64,000 bases of DNA from Haplodiscus bocki (GCA_965655095.1 OZ296654.1:7874001-7938000), one strand, 5' to 3'. Positions 24,001-37,619 are shown, numbered from the stretch's first letter. Numbers and translations are program-made. Notes: generated by a model from the sequence alone, not told the origin.

Positions 24001-27000
24001 TAAGAGTCTGAAACATCCTCTTGCGATAGGTTTTACCAAAACTACCTTTTGAAGTACTCATTTCTTCGAATAAAAGCCGCCTCACGATATTTCAGTGTAG
24101 TTTGAATTTCGGTGCGGCTAGTAATTAGTATATCAGTCTAAATACCAAGCGCTCAAAAAACAGTGGAGGCAATTTATAATGTTATTAGAAAGGCAATACT
24201 CCACACTACAAACCCAACCGTTTTCAAATTATTCCATAATTACAACAAAAGAGAAGATAGTTTGATTATACATTTTTACGTCACCGTTGTGAATGATCAT
24301 GTAATCAACATATTTCAAGAGTAAAGAGTGCTGTTCGCTCTAACTGGCGGGATTATTTGATCGGATTAGAGCCGCGATTGAATTGAGACTGCATTCGAAT
24401 TCAAGCCACACCAAAGGTTGTTGCGGCCTTTATTTTTTTCAACAACCTTTGGTGTGGCTTGAATTCGAATGCAGAGGCCGCAACCAAAAAACGAATTCAG
24501 ACAAAAGTTGAATCCTGACACTGGAAGTTGAATGACAGTTTTAACCAGGGACCCCATTAATTCAGGGCCGTGATTTCGCATCATTTTTTTCGTGAATTTT
24601 GGACCAATCAGAAGTCGAGATTCGCGGTGATCTTAAGCTGTAATTAGTAAATTAGCGTGATTTTTGATTTATTGGCGTAAAATAGCGTGAATTTACTGGT
24701 ACCACTGGGGGATATAGGTAACATGGTCCTAATCTTTGCCATCATTTTTCTTGTCTGATATTTTATGACGAACTATATTTCTTCCGGATCAAAATGGAGA
24801 ATAACAATCCCAAAATTGTCAAAAATACTGCAGTGAAAAGCCAGAATTGGTGATTTCTGGGAATAATTTTAGCGTGATTTTCCAGTAAATTTAGCGTGAA
24901 ATAATACAGTCTCCGGATTTTTACAATGAATTCACGCATTAACACAACCATCAGATAAAGGCTTTGTACAGTAGTTACATAAATGTAACTTTATGCATAT
25001 TAAGATTTTTGGTTCACAAAATTCAATCAATTTTTTTCTTCCAGATGTTCGATGTTTTGGTCTCTTGGCTGATCAGACGGTCAATATATGTAAGATTACT
25101 AATATTAGAGACTTTTGAATGACGGAGACGATTCTGGTTCAACAGAAAGGCCCGGAGTTAGAAATAACCGGTAAAATTTTTGACGCAGAAAACGAACAGC
25201 TTCTATGGATTGGAAGCGACAAAAAAATACCGGCTACAAGAGCCAATTTAGACCCACAAAGAAAGAATTGTCGGAATGATCAATTGCAGGAGGTATCGGC
25301 CATCTCATGGTTGGATAAATTTAGCTTCCGATCAAATCCCAATCAATCAATGGGAAAAAAGTCCAATTTACATTTCACTGATAGCTCAAACAAGTGCAGC
25401 CACACTGACCGCCTATCCAAAGTGAAGCCGATCATCTAAAAACTGAATTCTATGGCAATGAAGATTGAAAAAGAGAAATACTGCAGCGTAGACGAAAACA
25501 CCATTCCATATAAAGGAATGAAATCGAAACAATATAATCCAAAACAGCTTAAAAAGTGTGGTTATTATAAATTATACATGATTTGCACGGGAAAATTTGG
25601 TACCAATGTCGGCACAAGTCTCAACACTGGAAAACAGACTGTACCTGGTGACAGCCGCGATAACGACCTACCGCAATTCAGTGCCCTTGTTAAGGGGCTA
25701 AGAAAAATGTTTCCCAATGCCAGCAACTTCAAATTGGTCTTCGGCAACTGGGTTTGCTTCCCTCTCCAGTTGAACAAATTATTTCGCTGTGGCATACAAA
25801 GTGTAGCAACTTTTTAGCTGAATCGTTCCAATGGATTGGAAGTTCAAGACGATAAAGCCCTGAGAACATCCGGGCCTTTGTAGCCAACACAAGCAAGTGT
25901 TCGGAACTCTCCACAAGAGTCAAGCGATAGAATTTCACACAAAAAAGTGGAAAAAACAATGCCCGGTTTAAATCCCGGAATATATGTTTCATGGGGCAAA
26001 CTGGCAATATTGGGCGACTTTCGTCATTGTATCGAATAAAAATAGATAATCGCAAACTCCTTTACCTGCGAATATTTTTTCATTGTGCCGATCTTGCAGG
26101 ATTCAATAGTTGGCTTCTGTACGGAAGAGATCCCCACGAATTTGCCCCAAATCAAAGAACGATGGATCTCTGGTATTTCAAAGGTAAAATAGCATCTGCT
26201 TCATGCATGCACAAAAATTCAGGCAAGAAAAAAATAAAGTGGTATGTTACCGATTCTCAGATGTCGAATATGGTTATTGCTTGAAAAGACGCAGGGGCCA
26301 ACAAAACCTATTCCAGAGATGGAAGTAAGATGCCAAAACTACGCTCTCTGGCCCAAATTCGATGAAAAACATGGGAGATGCAATTTTCCTGAGCAAAGTC
26401 TTGATACAAACACGATGCAAAAAATGAAGCTTATTTGTTTCACAATGGAAAAAAACTTTCGAAACCTTCCACACGCAACAATCATTGATTTTATATGACT
26501 ACAATCAATGAATTGAAATTTTAGAAACTGATATACTTTTCCGTTGTAGAGCATAGAGTTACTTCAGGGTAGCGAACGGTATACCTTACTTCGAGTTATC
26601 CTACTGTGTTAAATTTTGCCGACCCAAGGACACTGAGTTTCATCCAAGAACCATGCGAAATCAATAAAACTTTTAGACATAGACAAAAAGTCATGCAGAA
26701 AAGGTATTGAAAATAGGCCCCTAGCGGATCTCCAATATCGAAGCATGCGAACGCTAAATTGAACGTCATTCCCAAGATGCTAGGATATATAACTTAAAGA
26801 TGCGGAGCAGCGAGTTAATTCGCGGCCGTTTACAGCCTTCTCGTAACGTTTTTATCAAAACTAAACGAGTCAAAATTTTTAGCAAAACCAAAACTTGGAA
26901 AGTTCAATTAACCATGATTTTTTTTGAAATTGTTTCTTTCTAACGGGTTTTCGGTGAAACGTTTATCTCACAATTTAAGATAGTACTGAACACAAGTCCC

Positions 27001-30000
27001 TCATCACATCATACTTCCACTGTACATGTACGCAAACAACCCGGGTAAAGTCACTTAGTCAGGCGAGGCAGAAGTGTCCGATTGCATTTATGTCCGGTCT
27101 GTAAAAAAAACGATCAAAGACGTACCTATAATAACTTCGGCCTTCGATATTAGAAATGTTAGAATGTATTTAAAAATGTATCTTAAAAAAGAACCGCATT
27201 TAAGGTAACCAATATGAAAGTAGACGTAGTTAAATCGGGGTAAGTCTTCATCAGATAGGTTTTCCGTGAGACAGACGGGTTATTTATCCCAAATTTTCCC
27301 GATGGCCGCATATGAATTGAGGCAGCGTTCAAATTATGATCGCAAAATTTAGCCCCAAAAAATGCTACAAGCCGCGGTTACAATTCGCTTAAATACGGTA
27401 CGAAAGAATAACTGTAAACATTTAGAAGCCATTATCGGATCATTTTAGCATTTGGCCTCGGTCAGTCGGTCAATCACACCCGTGTTTGAGAAGAAAAAAG
27501 TGAACTCTAGAGGCAATAACACAAGCTTAATGCCTTAAAAAGGAAGAACATTCTCTTGATGGCTATGAAACTCAGAACTCACCTCTTCGAAGACGTTTTT
27601 CTCAAAAGTCAATCTCTTCTCCAGTGAATTGAAGGCACTCTCTGCTTCAACACGTTTCTGCACCTCTAATTCAAGTTGCTCCCTAAAACACATTTTATGA
27701 GATCGAGCCGATGACAGCAAGTAGTGTAACACTCAAAACATCCTGTAGCACAATCAAAACCGTCAAAAACAACCACAGACACTTTTCGTTTTGGGCTAAA
27801 AAGAGACCCACGCCACATTACCACAGGACTCCCAAACTTCTTATTTTAAGCCAAACATCACCAAATCATGATGGGTTTAAACCCAATCTTGCAGATCTAC
27901 TTCCGTCGTATTTGGTTCCATTTCATGAATTCCAGAATACTTTAGAGTGTCTTTGAATTCAAACAACTTGTACCGTGCTGACTTACCTTACGCAGCAATT
28001 GGCGACTGCAGAAAAATTCAAAAACTTGATAAAAATTGATACAGCAACTTAAACATTGAAGAGAGGTAAAGCCGAAGATGTTATGATCGATTGGACTTCT
28101 ATTCCAATCAATTTCGAGACGCTATTAGATTTGCTGGGCTTCAGTTACTACTTTCCTCCCATACTTTATGTATAGAAGGAAAATCATTCATTCAACATTC
28201 AGGTTTTTTTACATCCAGTTTTCCATTTGCACAAGCAAAAATTCTATACTGAAAACTTTCATTTTATCAAATTGTTCCAAATTTGCCATAGAATCTATTT
28301 AAAGCATTTAAAGCTTTTTAAAAAATCGTTTTTGTTGCCAAGATTTGGGTGAAAAGAAAACTCGTACTTGGGAGTTTTAAGACCATTTTTGAACACGTTT
28401 CCGATTTTTCAACGTTTGATCCCTTAATAAGGAAGGCGGAAAATATCCCGGAGTTTTCCGGGCTCCCTCGTAATATTTGAACCACTTTTTCAATCTGCTA
28501 GAACGACAGTCAAAAAATCTTCAGATCTTGTCAATCGAAACGTGAATTGGTTGAATTACGCGGCAGCAATTTTTTAAGGAGATCAAAAGAAGCCTGTTAT
28601 CTTTTTGCCCGTACCTGCGTTGGATTGCACCATTGAGTGGATGCACCTTCGACTTGTTAAAACAAGAATTGAGATCTAAGTGTTTAAGCAAAAAGAGCAG
28701 CATGTACTTACTGGGTGGCGTGCAGCTGTCGTTTGAGCTCCTGCATCTCCAGGGAAAGAGTGGCCAACTCCTCACTCATCATCTCTCTGTCCTTCTGCGC
28801 CTTCACCAACTCAGCCTCTCTGTTCGCTCCAATCTTCTCCAGCTCTCTGTTCTTCTGAGTCAACATGTCACTCTTCTTCTCCAAATCTCGCAACCTAACA
28901 ACACACATACACATTTTCAACTCACGTCATAACATTACATCATAACATGTTTCTATGTCATTAATTCCAGAGCTATATATCCCAATTCTCCACAAGGTTC
29001 GTGAGTGGTATCGCATTTTTGGAGGACGTTCAAAAAGCCGAGCCATGTTTTAGCCTAACATTTTTTTGAGCTGTCAAATCTAATTTAGGTTCGCTTCTGT
29101 GGTTTCACTTGTCATTAAGCTGTCAAAGAAGTTTTCTTGGTCAATATACTGCAAAACTTTCTTATTTGTGCAAAAGCTGCAAAGGGGCCAAAATAGCACT
29201 AAACCGACGAAATGGATAAAACAACGTATTTAAGAACGAAAAAAATCTGAATATCGATATAGCAATTATGTTTGACTGAGGACTTTCTCGGACTGTAAAT
29301 ATCTTTCCAAAGTTCTACTAAATTTCAAATTTTTGACAAAGTTCACAAAATTGCAACAAATTTTCAAAACAAAAGCGACTATATCATTTTTTATCCAAAA
29401 AGTAACGACTTTTCAAACGCAAAGGACTCCAATGGATATTTGGATCTTTACGGGCGCCGCCGACTTGGGCCATTCCCGACTCCTTTGCCCTTATTTTATA
29501 TATGGACAAACTTTGACATTTTTATTAGCGGATCTGTTGAACGAAAAGTCCTCTTTTTTAGTGTCTCGAATTTTTTTCTGAGATCGCATCGAACAGTCTA
29601 TATTTCATTGGCTGACATGCTGATTGGCCCCTCTCAAAACGTAACAAAACAAAATTTTTGCTGGCACTACAAATTTCTGGCCGAAAATTGTCATTTCTCC
29701 CTAGTCAATTTTTTGGAAACCAGGATACACCGTACGAAATTTGTCATTTGAAAAATGGCTCTCATCCCCTACCTAGGTATTTAGAACTACTCAAAAGCGT
29801 TAGCGAGCGATTATTGTGAGCCTTAAGGGCAACGCCGATTTGGGTAGATCCCCTTTTGTTGATTTATTGAAGTCTGACAAGCACAAGCACTGACCGTGGG
29901 AATAAGTCAGCATTTTGAGTCCTCAACTTGTCATTCTCGGCTTCTAGACTGGCTTTCTCTGCCATAAAAGCAGCATTTTCATCCCGCAGTGTCTGCAACT

Positions 30001-30673
30001 CGCTTTCGAACATCTCACGCACATGACTTCGCTCCTGTGACGTCGTTTCTTCACTTCTCGATATACGAACCTGCACAAAAATCATTGATATGAGAAGCTG
30101 TTGAAATCATGCTTGAGTTTTTATTCAAACTGATGCTGCAAGATTGTCGTCCATAACTATAATTGCATAGCCAATAATTATTTTTCCAAGGGAGAATACA
30201 AAAAACTTGATGATAACCGAAGAGTCTCGAAAAAATTTCAATTCTCTAGTCTAAAATTTTTCCATGATATCCAATCTTTGCCTACACTTGATAAAGTCCC
30301 CTCGAATTTCAAAGTTTCTACATAATATTCCCTTCCCTTAGGTATACCAAAAGTTTTACAAAGAATTGCAATTATTTTGCGCCTTCCGACCAACTACTTT
30401 GCCCGCTCGCAGTTTCTTTTCCGCATACATTAAATTAAATTTCTTGTAAATCAGTATGAGTAACCCAAATAAGACGCTCAATCTTACCCGAAGAGTTTCA
30501 TTTTCGGTTTCCAAACGTCGAACCACATCAATGTATTGAGCCAAGCGAGAGTTCAGTCCAGCGATTTCTTCTTTCTCACGCAGACGGATTTCACGAGCAG
30601 GACTCAGAGGACTTTTGCTTCTTGTGGATGTAGTGGTTGTCGATGGCGAGGGTCCCACTCCTGCGCCAAGGTT
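15079..30673 (-). CDS. Lam: Nuclear lamin (type V intermediate filament, B-type-like); 11 exons resolved, first exon and start codon not resolved
   Basis: GT-AG exons 30673-30488, 30070-29895, 28894-28712, 27682-27583, 24007-23711, 20781-20561, 20003-19802, 19263-19159, 18470-18348, 15215-15159 and, tentatively, 15102-15079 splice in frame (1674 nt). Features: CDK1-site head SPLSPAR, coil 1[18 protein letters not shown], rod end [29 protein letters not shown], Ig-fold tail domain ([12 protein letters not shown]...[12 protein letters not shown]) and putative terminal CLQI. Confidence 0.93.
15305..15604. mobile_element. 300-bp MITE with terminal inverted repeats and an 8-bp target-site duplication
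   Basis: Left end GGATCTCTTCTGTTAATCCCC; right end (reverse complement) GGATCTTTGCTGTTAACTCCCC. Flanks are GTGACTTG (15297-15304) and GTGATTTG (15605-15612). Confidence 0.75.
15460..15551 (+). repeat. (GGA)n trinucleotide microsatellite, about 30 units
   Basis: Directly visible inside the MITE. Confidence 0.97.
20879..23502. mobile_element. 2.6-kb non-autonomous element with inverted termini in a lamin intron
   Basis: Left end TTTTTAGTCGGCGCTT...TGCCCGAC; right end (reverse complement) TTTTTAGTCGGCGCTTC...GTGCCCGAC. The interior has tRNA-like B-box repeats and reversed copies of the 120-bp unit (TTTTGTCTCACAGTACCGAAAA near 22937). Confidence 0.68.
24389..24474. repeat. Perfect 35-bp inverted repeat with a 16-nt loop
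   Basis: CTGCATTCGAATTCAAGCCACACCAAAGGTTGTTG (24389-24423) is the exact reverse complement of 24440-24474. Confidence 0.93.
25119..26498 (+). pseudogene. piggyBac (PGBD-type) transposase relic in a lamin intron
   Basis: [35 protein letters not shown] (degenerate DNWF), MG......L.SLYRI....[21 protein letters not shown] and remnants of the Cys-rich tail. Many frameshifts; no clean TTAA-flanked TIRs found. Confidence 0.8.
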
Positions 30674-32449
30674 CTGCCGAAACAAGAAACAACATTTTCA
30701 TCAGAGTCGGTGTTTAATGGAAACAAATATCAAAACATTGTCTTGATTAAAAGCGGTATAAAAGACATTGAAAATCGCCCTATTCAAATAAAGAAACGGT
30801 AATGATACATTAGTACTATATTGTAATTGCTGTGGATTTTCAGCCTTGACTGATGGGACGTCTTCCCGCTGAGATCCTTCACCTTTACCAATATCCAATA
30901 GACAGGAGCGTCAAGATTATACTTTTGAGCGGAACAGGTCGATGGTTTACATTTCTCACTGAAGTATCATTACCGGATTACAAAATAGATCGGTGTTTGA
31001 TAGATAGTCTAATTCGTTGAGCTGGAAGAATCCAGCCGTCAATTTTTGTTGGGAAAATGAGTACAAAAAACCCTTATACTCGATCTAAAAATTTTCAGAT
31101 CGAAGAAGTAAAATTTTTTGTAGACAGTTGTTTCCGACATTTTTTTCAAAATTGATTTTTCTTCAATTTTAGAATGACTATTGCTTTTCGCTAACTAAAA
31201 ACCGGAAACAAAAGGTTCAAAATTTCGTTAACGTCTACCCCTCAAAAGCGAAGAGGACTCAGCTTTTTCAATTTTTTTTCCATTTCTCAGCGCAGCATAC
31301 ATGAAAATTCATTGGTGTGGAATATCAAATTAGCACACTGTTTTATGTACTGTGTTTTCACTTTCACTGTCTTATGCGGACTATTAGTCAGAGTTTACTT
31401 TATGTCAACCAAAAAATCTTGGGCACATATTTATCAAGACATTATGCTTTTTTGTTACCAAAATCGACTACGATCATCAGGAAAAGCCCATGCAAATTTT
31501 GTCCAAGACAAATTTCTTTAAGCAAACAAAATGTAAAATGACATTGAATTCTCTGTTAGATATCGATAAACCAGGAACACAGAAGTACCAATAAAAATAA
31601 TGCGACCAAAAATGACCCGACCTAACATCGACAAGATTCAAACATCGTCCAAGAGTTTCAATTTGAGAAAACGTGAAAGCAAAAACATGCTATTCCTAGC
31701 TACATCAATACAAACCTCGGTTTTATCACGTCGAGAAATAGATCTCCTGGTTGCAGTTTGCATCGGCGTACTCATTCAGATGATCTCTGAAAATCAATCC
31801 GAAACTAATGAAGGAAATACAGAACATTCTGATGAAAGAGTGCGCATGACACATACTGGCCGAGTAAAGAAAAAGCAAGCCAACTTTACAACCTGCTGAT
31901 GTTCAATCATACACACATTAAATCAAGCCGCACTCTGATTGCATGTAATGCTGATTCACAGAATAATAGTCGCCAACTTAATTCTTGAAACGTCGTTGTT
32001 GATTAGCTTCAGAGGTTGAGTGATTGAATGTGTTTTTGATGACTGACGGATCTCTGGAGCTCCTCGATTGTTTTGATGCTGCAGTTTGACTGAAAGTAAA
32101 AGAGCAACCCAGACTGTTCTTAATTATACTATTATTCATTAATTCAATTCAATTTTTTTGAAAACAAATTCTTACGCGTAAGTATGAATAAACAGGTTCA
32201 TACGAGAAATTGAGAACACAATAATGAGGACCGTTCAATAGATAAGTCCAAACTAAACAGGACGCAAAAATGTGTACAGTTTTGGGCACTTTCTTAACAA
32301 ATTCAACTTCGCCTCTAGCAGCTTCACAAAAACCGAAAAACTCCGAATTCAGCTGTAAACTGATCTGCACTTACGACTCAATCTAATTGTTTAGATAACC
32401 TTATTAGGAGGTTCATATTGCACATGCCTCAAACGAAGGCGACCAGCAG

Positions 32450-33770
32450 TACAAAAAGACCAGCAAATGACAGAGAATATGACAATCACATGGTTGAATG
32501 AACGGGTGATCGAAAAGGATGCATCGTGTGCTCGAGAATCTGGCTTCCGGAAAGCATACCAGGAATTTCTTGACACCGCCGAACCAGTGCGGATTTTGTG
32601 ACCAAGACCGAACTGTTGCAAAGAATAGCAGGCCACCCGAACACGCGCAGCAAAATTTCTAAGCAGATGCACTTCAAAAGTACGGGACGCGGGACAAGGT
32701 TCGCATTGAAGGACAAAACCCGGGGGACCCCAACAAGGTTCCTCATGAAAAAGTCGTTGAACTGTAATTGTGGTATGAACCTAAGGAGAACGGACAATAA
32801 TCTATGTCACCGTCTCCTCTCGCGGAATGAAGGTAAGCGTCATTTGATTGTTGTTTCTCAGGAGAGAAACTTAGAGCTGATGAGAAACAGGAAAAAGATC
32901 ATGCAGAAGGTTTTCATGTAAATGATGAGGTATCTCCAATGGGATCGCGCACATTATCTTCTACATGCAGGGAGGATAACAATAATTCTGCTAAGCAAAA
33001 ACATGAAAAAATCATATTAGTGATGTGAACACTAGGATATTCTTTGACGTCGAACAAGCAATCCCGGAAACGATAAATAACATTCTAATGGTGGAAAAAC
33101 CGCTTCAAAAGAGGAACTTTCCTTCGTTATGACATTAATACTGTTCCTTCTGCTCATAGTTCTGAAAGTAAACACACTCCGGAACGATCCATTCCACATC
33201 TCAACATGGGATCTTTTATCAAATATTTTGATGAACTTCAGCAAAAACACCATAGAGCAACCAAATGTTAACCTCAGTTTTTTTCACCGGACCATGACTC
33301 CAGAAAACTCTCATTAACTTTTGTTTAAACTGAAAGCTACTCTTTCCGTGAGAAAATGCACCATTTTGAACGTCGGAGCATGAGTATGCATATAATTGAC
33401 TCGCTGAAGGTTGAGGCTACAGAGTCTAGGTCTCCAATGCACTACTTGCTGAACTAATTGAAAATATTTTTCACTCTTTCGTTGCTGTTGACTGGGCGGA
33501 TGATAACTTCCTCTCATTTCGCACTTCATGACCACCTTCTGTACCTTTTTTAACTAGTCATGGAGATAATTGCATGCCGACTTCAGAATCAGACAAGGCC
33601 AAATGACTTGATGGCTTCTAATTTATTGTTAAAGCAAAGAACCCAATTACTTAATGTAGTTTACTGGTATGGATCAACGCCTCATTTGAACTGGGTTTTT
33701 TACGCTTTGTCTGAAGAATGCATGATTCCTCCCGTGCACAAAACTGGCTCAGGTCAACACGTTTTCGGTC
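32450..33770 (-). pseudogene. Possible highly degraded hAT (Buster/ZBED5-like) transposase fragment
   Basis: Only scattered minus-strand peptides in plausible order: LALSDSEV (cf. PLSNNTV) and FLVCFPE...ILFDHPF (cf. F..YFPE...W..NPF). Weak. Confidence 0.25.
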
Positions 33771-34523
33771 ATACTACAGGTGCTACTGGTATATCAACCG
33801 GTGTTGGATAAACTTTCAGAGCTAAATTTTGAAGTTTGACCAAAAATTCTTCCGGTGATTCTGTTTTGTGATTAAATTTCATGTTTTCTAAGTTGATATG
33901 ATGTATTTCTTTCAAGTTTGGATTGCAAAAATGATTTTTCAACGCTGTTATTGTTAATTCTAAGTCTGCTCTGGTGTTTTGGTCAAGTGTGTGGAAAAAT
34001 TGTAATGCTGAGTCTTTTAAGTGTAGTTTCAAAAATCCTACTCGTTGTGCATCAGCAATTCCTGTTACTTCAACTATACTACGGAATAAAGATTCAAAAT
34101 CTGTCCAGTTGTCTGTTGAACATCCGCCGTATTTTGGTAGGCTTACTGTCGATTGAGCTGCTGCTGCCATTTTTGAGAATTACCAAGGTTTTCGAAAATT
34201 CAAGAGTGACGGGCTTATTTGAGCGGATCGAAAAATTACAGACAATGAATGACGGAATGAATCAGTTTAGAAAAAGGGGAATTTTAGTAGTTACTACCTC
34301 AAAATAAATTTACTACTTCGGCGCTGTGAGTTAAAGTGATGATTTCAATTAAGATGATGATTTCAAACAGTTTGAAAACAATCTGAGCGCTATTATCAAT
34401 TTTACTGCTTCTAAAACTCTCTAGGAGTAGAACGAATGTGAAACTTACAGGCAACCAAAATCGTTTCCAGCTTCATCTTTGCACTAGTGTTGAGTTAGAG
34501 TGTCGTTTGTATTTCCCAATAGA

Positions 34524-35452
34524 CGACCTCATGAGCTTGCAAATTTGGAGTGAAACCCGCTTTTTACTTTTCAACTCGAGGAAATGTCACTATCTCTTGC
34601 TCAAGGGACAGCTAAATTTTCCACCTGAAATATACTCTGAGGAAATTGCTGAGTGTACTCGAAATACTGACCTGGGTCTGGTGGTAAGTAACAACCTCAA
34701 ATGGACTGCTCATATAGAAACTAAGCTTGCAAAGGCAAACAAAACATTCCAGATGTTGAAGAGAAATGTCAGCAAATCTATTTCGCAATATTCAAAACTT
34801 CTCTTGTACAAGAGTACAATTATCCCCCAACTTCTCTATGCATCAGAGTGTTATTCTTTATCAAGAATGGATGTCAGAGCTCTAGAGGCCTTCAACAAGA
34901 AAATCGGCAAATGGATGTGCTATTTAGATTCCTACAAGGACAGATTATCTCACCTGCAAATTTTGTTTTTGACATATTTCATGGAGATGAAAGAAATTAT
35001 TCTGTTATCGGGTATTGTTACACACAAATATGATGTAAATTTTGATTACAATATTGTTATGAAATATGGGCGAAATGAAATACAGTTCTACTTACCTCAA
35101 ATATCCTGTGAATTATTACGTGACAATTTCTTTTATCGTGCCTGTTATCGAGCTAATGTCCTTTCCAAACACTTGAACATCACCGACAATGAAAATATCA
35201 AAAAGAAATTACTTACCCAAATGTGGAAAAAATTTGTTGAACAATATCAAGAAAACAACATCTGCTCATGGCACTTTGTTTGCCTATGTGTAACGTGTAG
35301 GAGCATCCACAGAAGACAGATGATCATGAATGCATAAATTATTGAAGCCTGATTCGACAGATATTTCAAGAGCAACAACAACGGAAACTGTTATCAATGA
35401 ACTCATTTAATGGGAGCAGTCCCCTCGCTTTGGGCGTAAATTCAGTATATAT
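34524..35452 (+). mobile_element. 5'-truncated CR1/L2-type LINE inserted into the leader of the second Gypsy copy
   Basis: Absent from the homologous position (about 54767) of the long copy. Flanked by ATAGA duplicates (34519-34523 and 35453-35457). Encodes an RT C-terminus (DLMSLQIWSE, FNSRKC, DLGLVVSNNLKWTAHI, LLYKSTIIPQLLYAS) and ends in (TA)n. Confidence 0.9.
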
Positions 35453-35814
35453 ATAGAAGTAGAGTTCCCAATCTTCTGGTTTTGTCAGGATCGTCCTGCT
35501 GTTTCTTCTATTTTAGACCAGTAGTCCAGAGATTCTTCAGTTGTCGTTGTGGATGATCACAGTGTAGCTCGTCGTCGCACACTCCTGTCACCATCTAAGA
35601 TCGCACCTCTTCTTCTATGTTTCGTAGTGTTTTCTTCAAGCCTGAGCGGGTATTTAGTATTCTCAAAGTATTTCAGATTCAATGTTCTTGTTGGATGCGG
35701 GGTCCCGTGGTTAGACTTGCTACAAGTGATCTGTTCTACAACTCTTCAAGCTATCGAAAAAATGGTTAGTTTTGCAGATTTATGAATTCAACTTTACTGT
35801 ACTGCGTCGCCGCT

Positions 35815-36087
35815 TGTTGAGTATCAAAATTGTTATGTGCTAAAGTTAATGATAAGAGATAATATAAATCATGAGGTATTTCCGTCATTTAACATATTTA
35901 TCTAAATTAAGCATCTTGCTGAGTTTAAGATAAGTTTTGAAGTTTGAAGTTCACTGGAGGAATGTGGCGCCATTAAATGATTGAAGGGTGATTAGAAGAT
36001 TAGATCAAATAATTTTGAGTTTAAATGGGCGTTCTTCTCATATGAATTTTGCTTTTTGGCATTCCGATCGTAACATGGAATGTTACA
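35815..36087 (-). repeat. LTR shared by the two copies (3' LTR of the long copy, 5' LTR of the truncated copy)
   Basis: TGTAACATTCC...TACTCAACA; preceded by the PPT and followed by the PBS-like AGCGGCGACGCAGTAC. Confidence 0.93.
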
Positions 36088-36849
36088 CTACCCTCCTTGC
36101 TGTCACTTCGCCGCTGGTTACATCATGAAGAAGGCGATGAAGTTCATCTGCTATGGAAGAAGCCAACCCAAAATTGCATTAGTATAATTCCACATTCCAA
36201 AACCAAAAGGTGTAGTCAATTACAGTATATTGTTTTCCAAACTGTATCCAAAACAGTAGAGTCTTAACCAATGTAGGAAGAAAAGAATAATGTATTGAGT
36301 TGAGATTCCATCAAATGTTTGAGGTGAAGAATATTCATTATCCAAAGAAGAAAAATTGTATCCAATAGAGTATCCAGAATAGTTGAAGAGGGTATTGAAA
36401 ATGTTGAGAACCAAAGAGGTCATCCAGAATAAGTGTTGTGAAGATTGCCAGCGCACAGTCTTCCAGTCCCAGAGAGAGTTTTTAAATTTTATAAATTTAT
36501 TTGCACCACAGTTGAAGTGAATAAAATGAGTTAAAGTTAAAGATAAAATGAAGTCAATTCTAATTGTTGTGATAAACTTAATAAATAGATCTTTTCAGGG
36601 ATTTGATGCGGGGGTGGCAGTTGACATTCCAGATTGTTTGATTTCTATATTTACCTCTCGGTATTGCCATAGTATTATCGGTATTGCCGTAGTACTATCG
36701 GTATTGGCGTAAAAAGCTGCAGAAGTTTCCAATACCCTACTACAATAATCTCAACCTTCAAGACACAAAGTACAACAACAGGCCACCTTCTTAGGTTCCA
36801 AAAACGTTTTGTATTGATATAAATCGGTTGCAAACAATATTTCTACAAT

Positions 36850-37610
36850 ATGGTCAAAAAAGGCAAAAAAAGTTCAACAAAAACCTGTCTATGCTCTACA
36901 TGCTCTGCTGAATTATCAGACAATTCCAATTCCATATTTTGCGATTCGTGTAATAACTGGCATCATGGGTCTTGTGTGAACTTATCTGCTGAAAATATTT
37001 ATTTCCTTGGGAGTAGTAATAAGCTTTTTTGGAAATGCAACAGTTGTGTTTCCATTAAGGTTACGCCACTTAATACACTAGAAGCGAAAATTGACTCCGT
37101 CCTATTCAAACTAGAAGAACCCAGAACTGAAATACAACCAGCTCAACCCTCAAAACCTATAGAAGTATTACAAAACAAAAAATATGATCATCACTATAGA
37201 GTTCGTATTTCCGGAATTAGTGAAAGCAAAGAAAAATCATTTATTGATAGACAATTTGCTGATAAAGAAAAAGTGGAAGAAGTCTTCAAAAAACTAAATA
37301 TCGATTGTCCAATTATCGAAACAAACAGACGTGGTAAATTCATTGAAGATCGCCAAAGAAAACTAATAGCTACTTTCTCATCACCATGGGATGCGCGTAT
37401 AGTAATATCTAGTGGAATTCAGAAAAAATTTTTTGAAGCCGATAAAAATCTTATTACAACGGATTTATCACCATCAGATCTTGCAATAGAAAAAAAAACT
37501 ATTATCAAAGCGCTATGAACTGATATCCAATGGTGTGACAAAAGAAACTCTGAAAATACGTTACTTGAAACTTTATCAAGGCAATAAAGAAGTAAACTTC
37601 GACTGACTAA
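36850..37610 (+). pseudogene. LINE ORF1 with a PHD finger and an RRM-like region
   Basis: CSTC...SIFCDSCNNWHHGSC...WKCNSC (C4HC3), then VRISGISES and TTDLSPSD. Frameshift in the A-run near 37490. Confidence 0.85.
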
Positions 37611-37619
37611 ATAAAGAAG

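Larger units (their letters stand above)
33774..36087 (-). mobile_element. Truncated second copy of the Gypsy element (LTR, PBS, leader and first 132 codons of gag)
   Basis: Near-identical to 54020-55398. ORF 33769..34170 matches the N-terminus of gag 53814..54416. Homology stops abruptly at 33774. Confidence 0.93.

Noticed and set aside
23759-30802. Plus-strand Leu-rich ORFs at 23759, 28633 and 30536
   Set aside because: They are antisense shadows of lamin coiled-coil exons.
30701-30960. Candidate first lamin exon (ORF 30701..30898, donor at 30808)
   Set aside because: The phase fits, but there is an in-frame stop upstream and no ATG, so the start cannot be supported.
34438-34523. Apparent N-terminus of the 299-aa ORF
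   Set aside because: It is Gypsy leader sequence read antisense and fortuitously in frame with the inserted LINE fragment.
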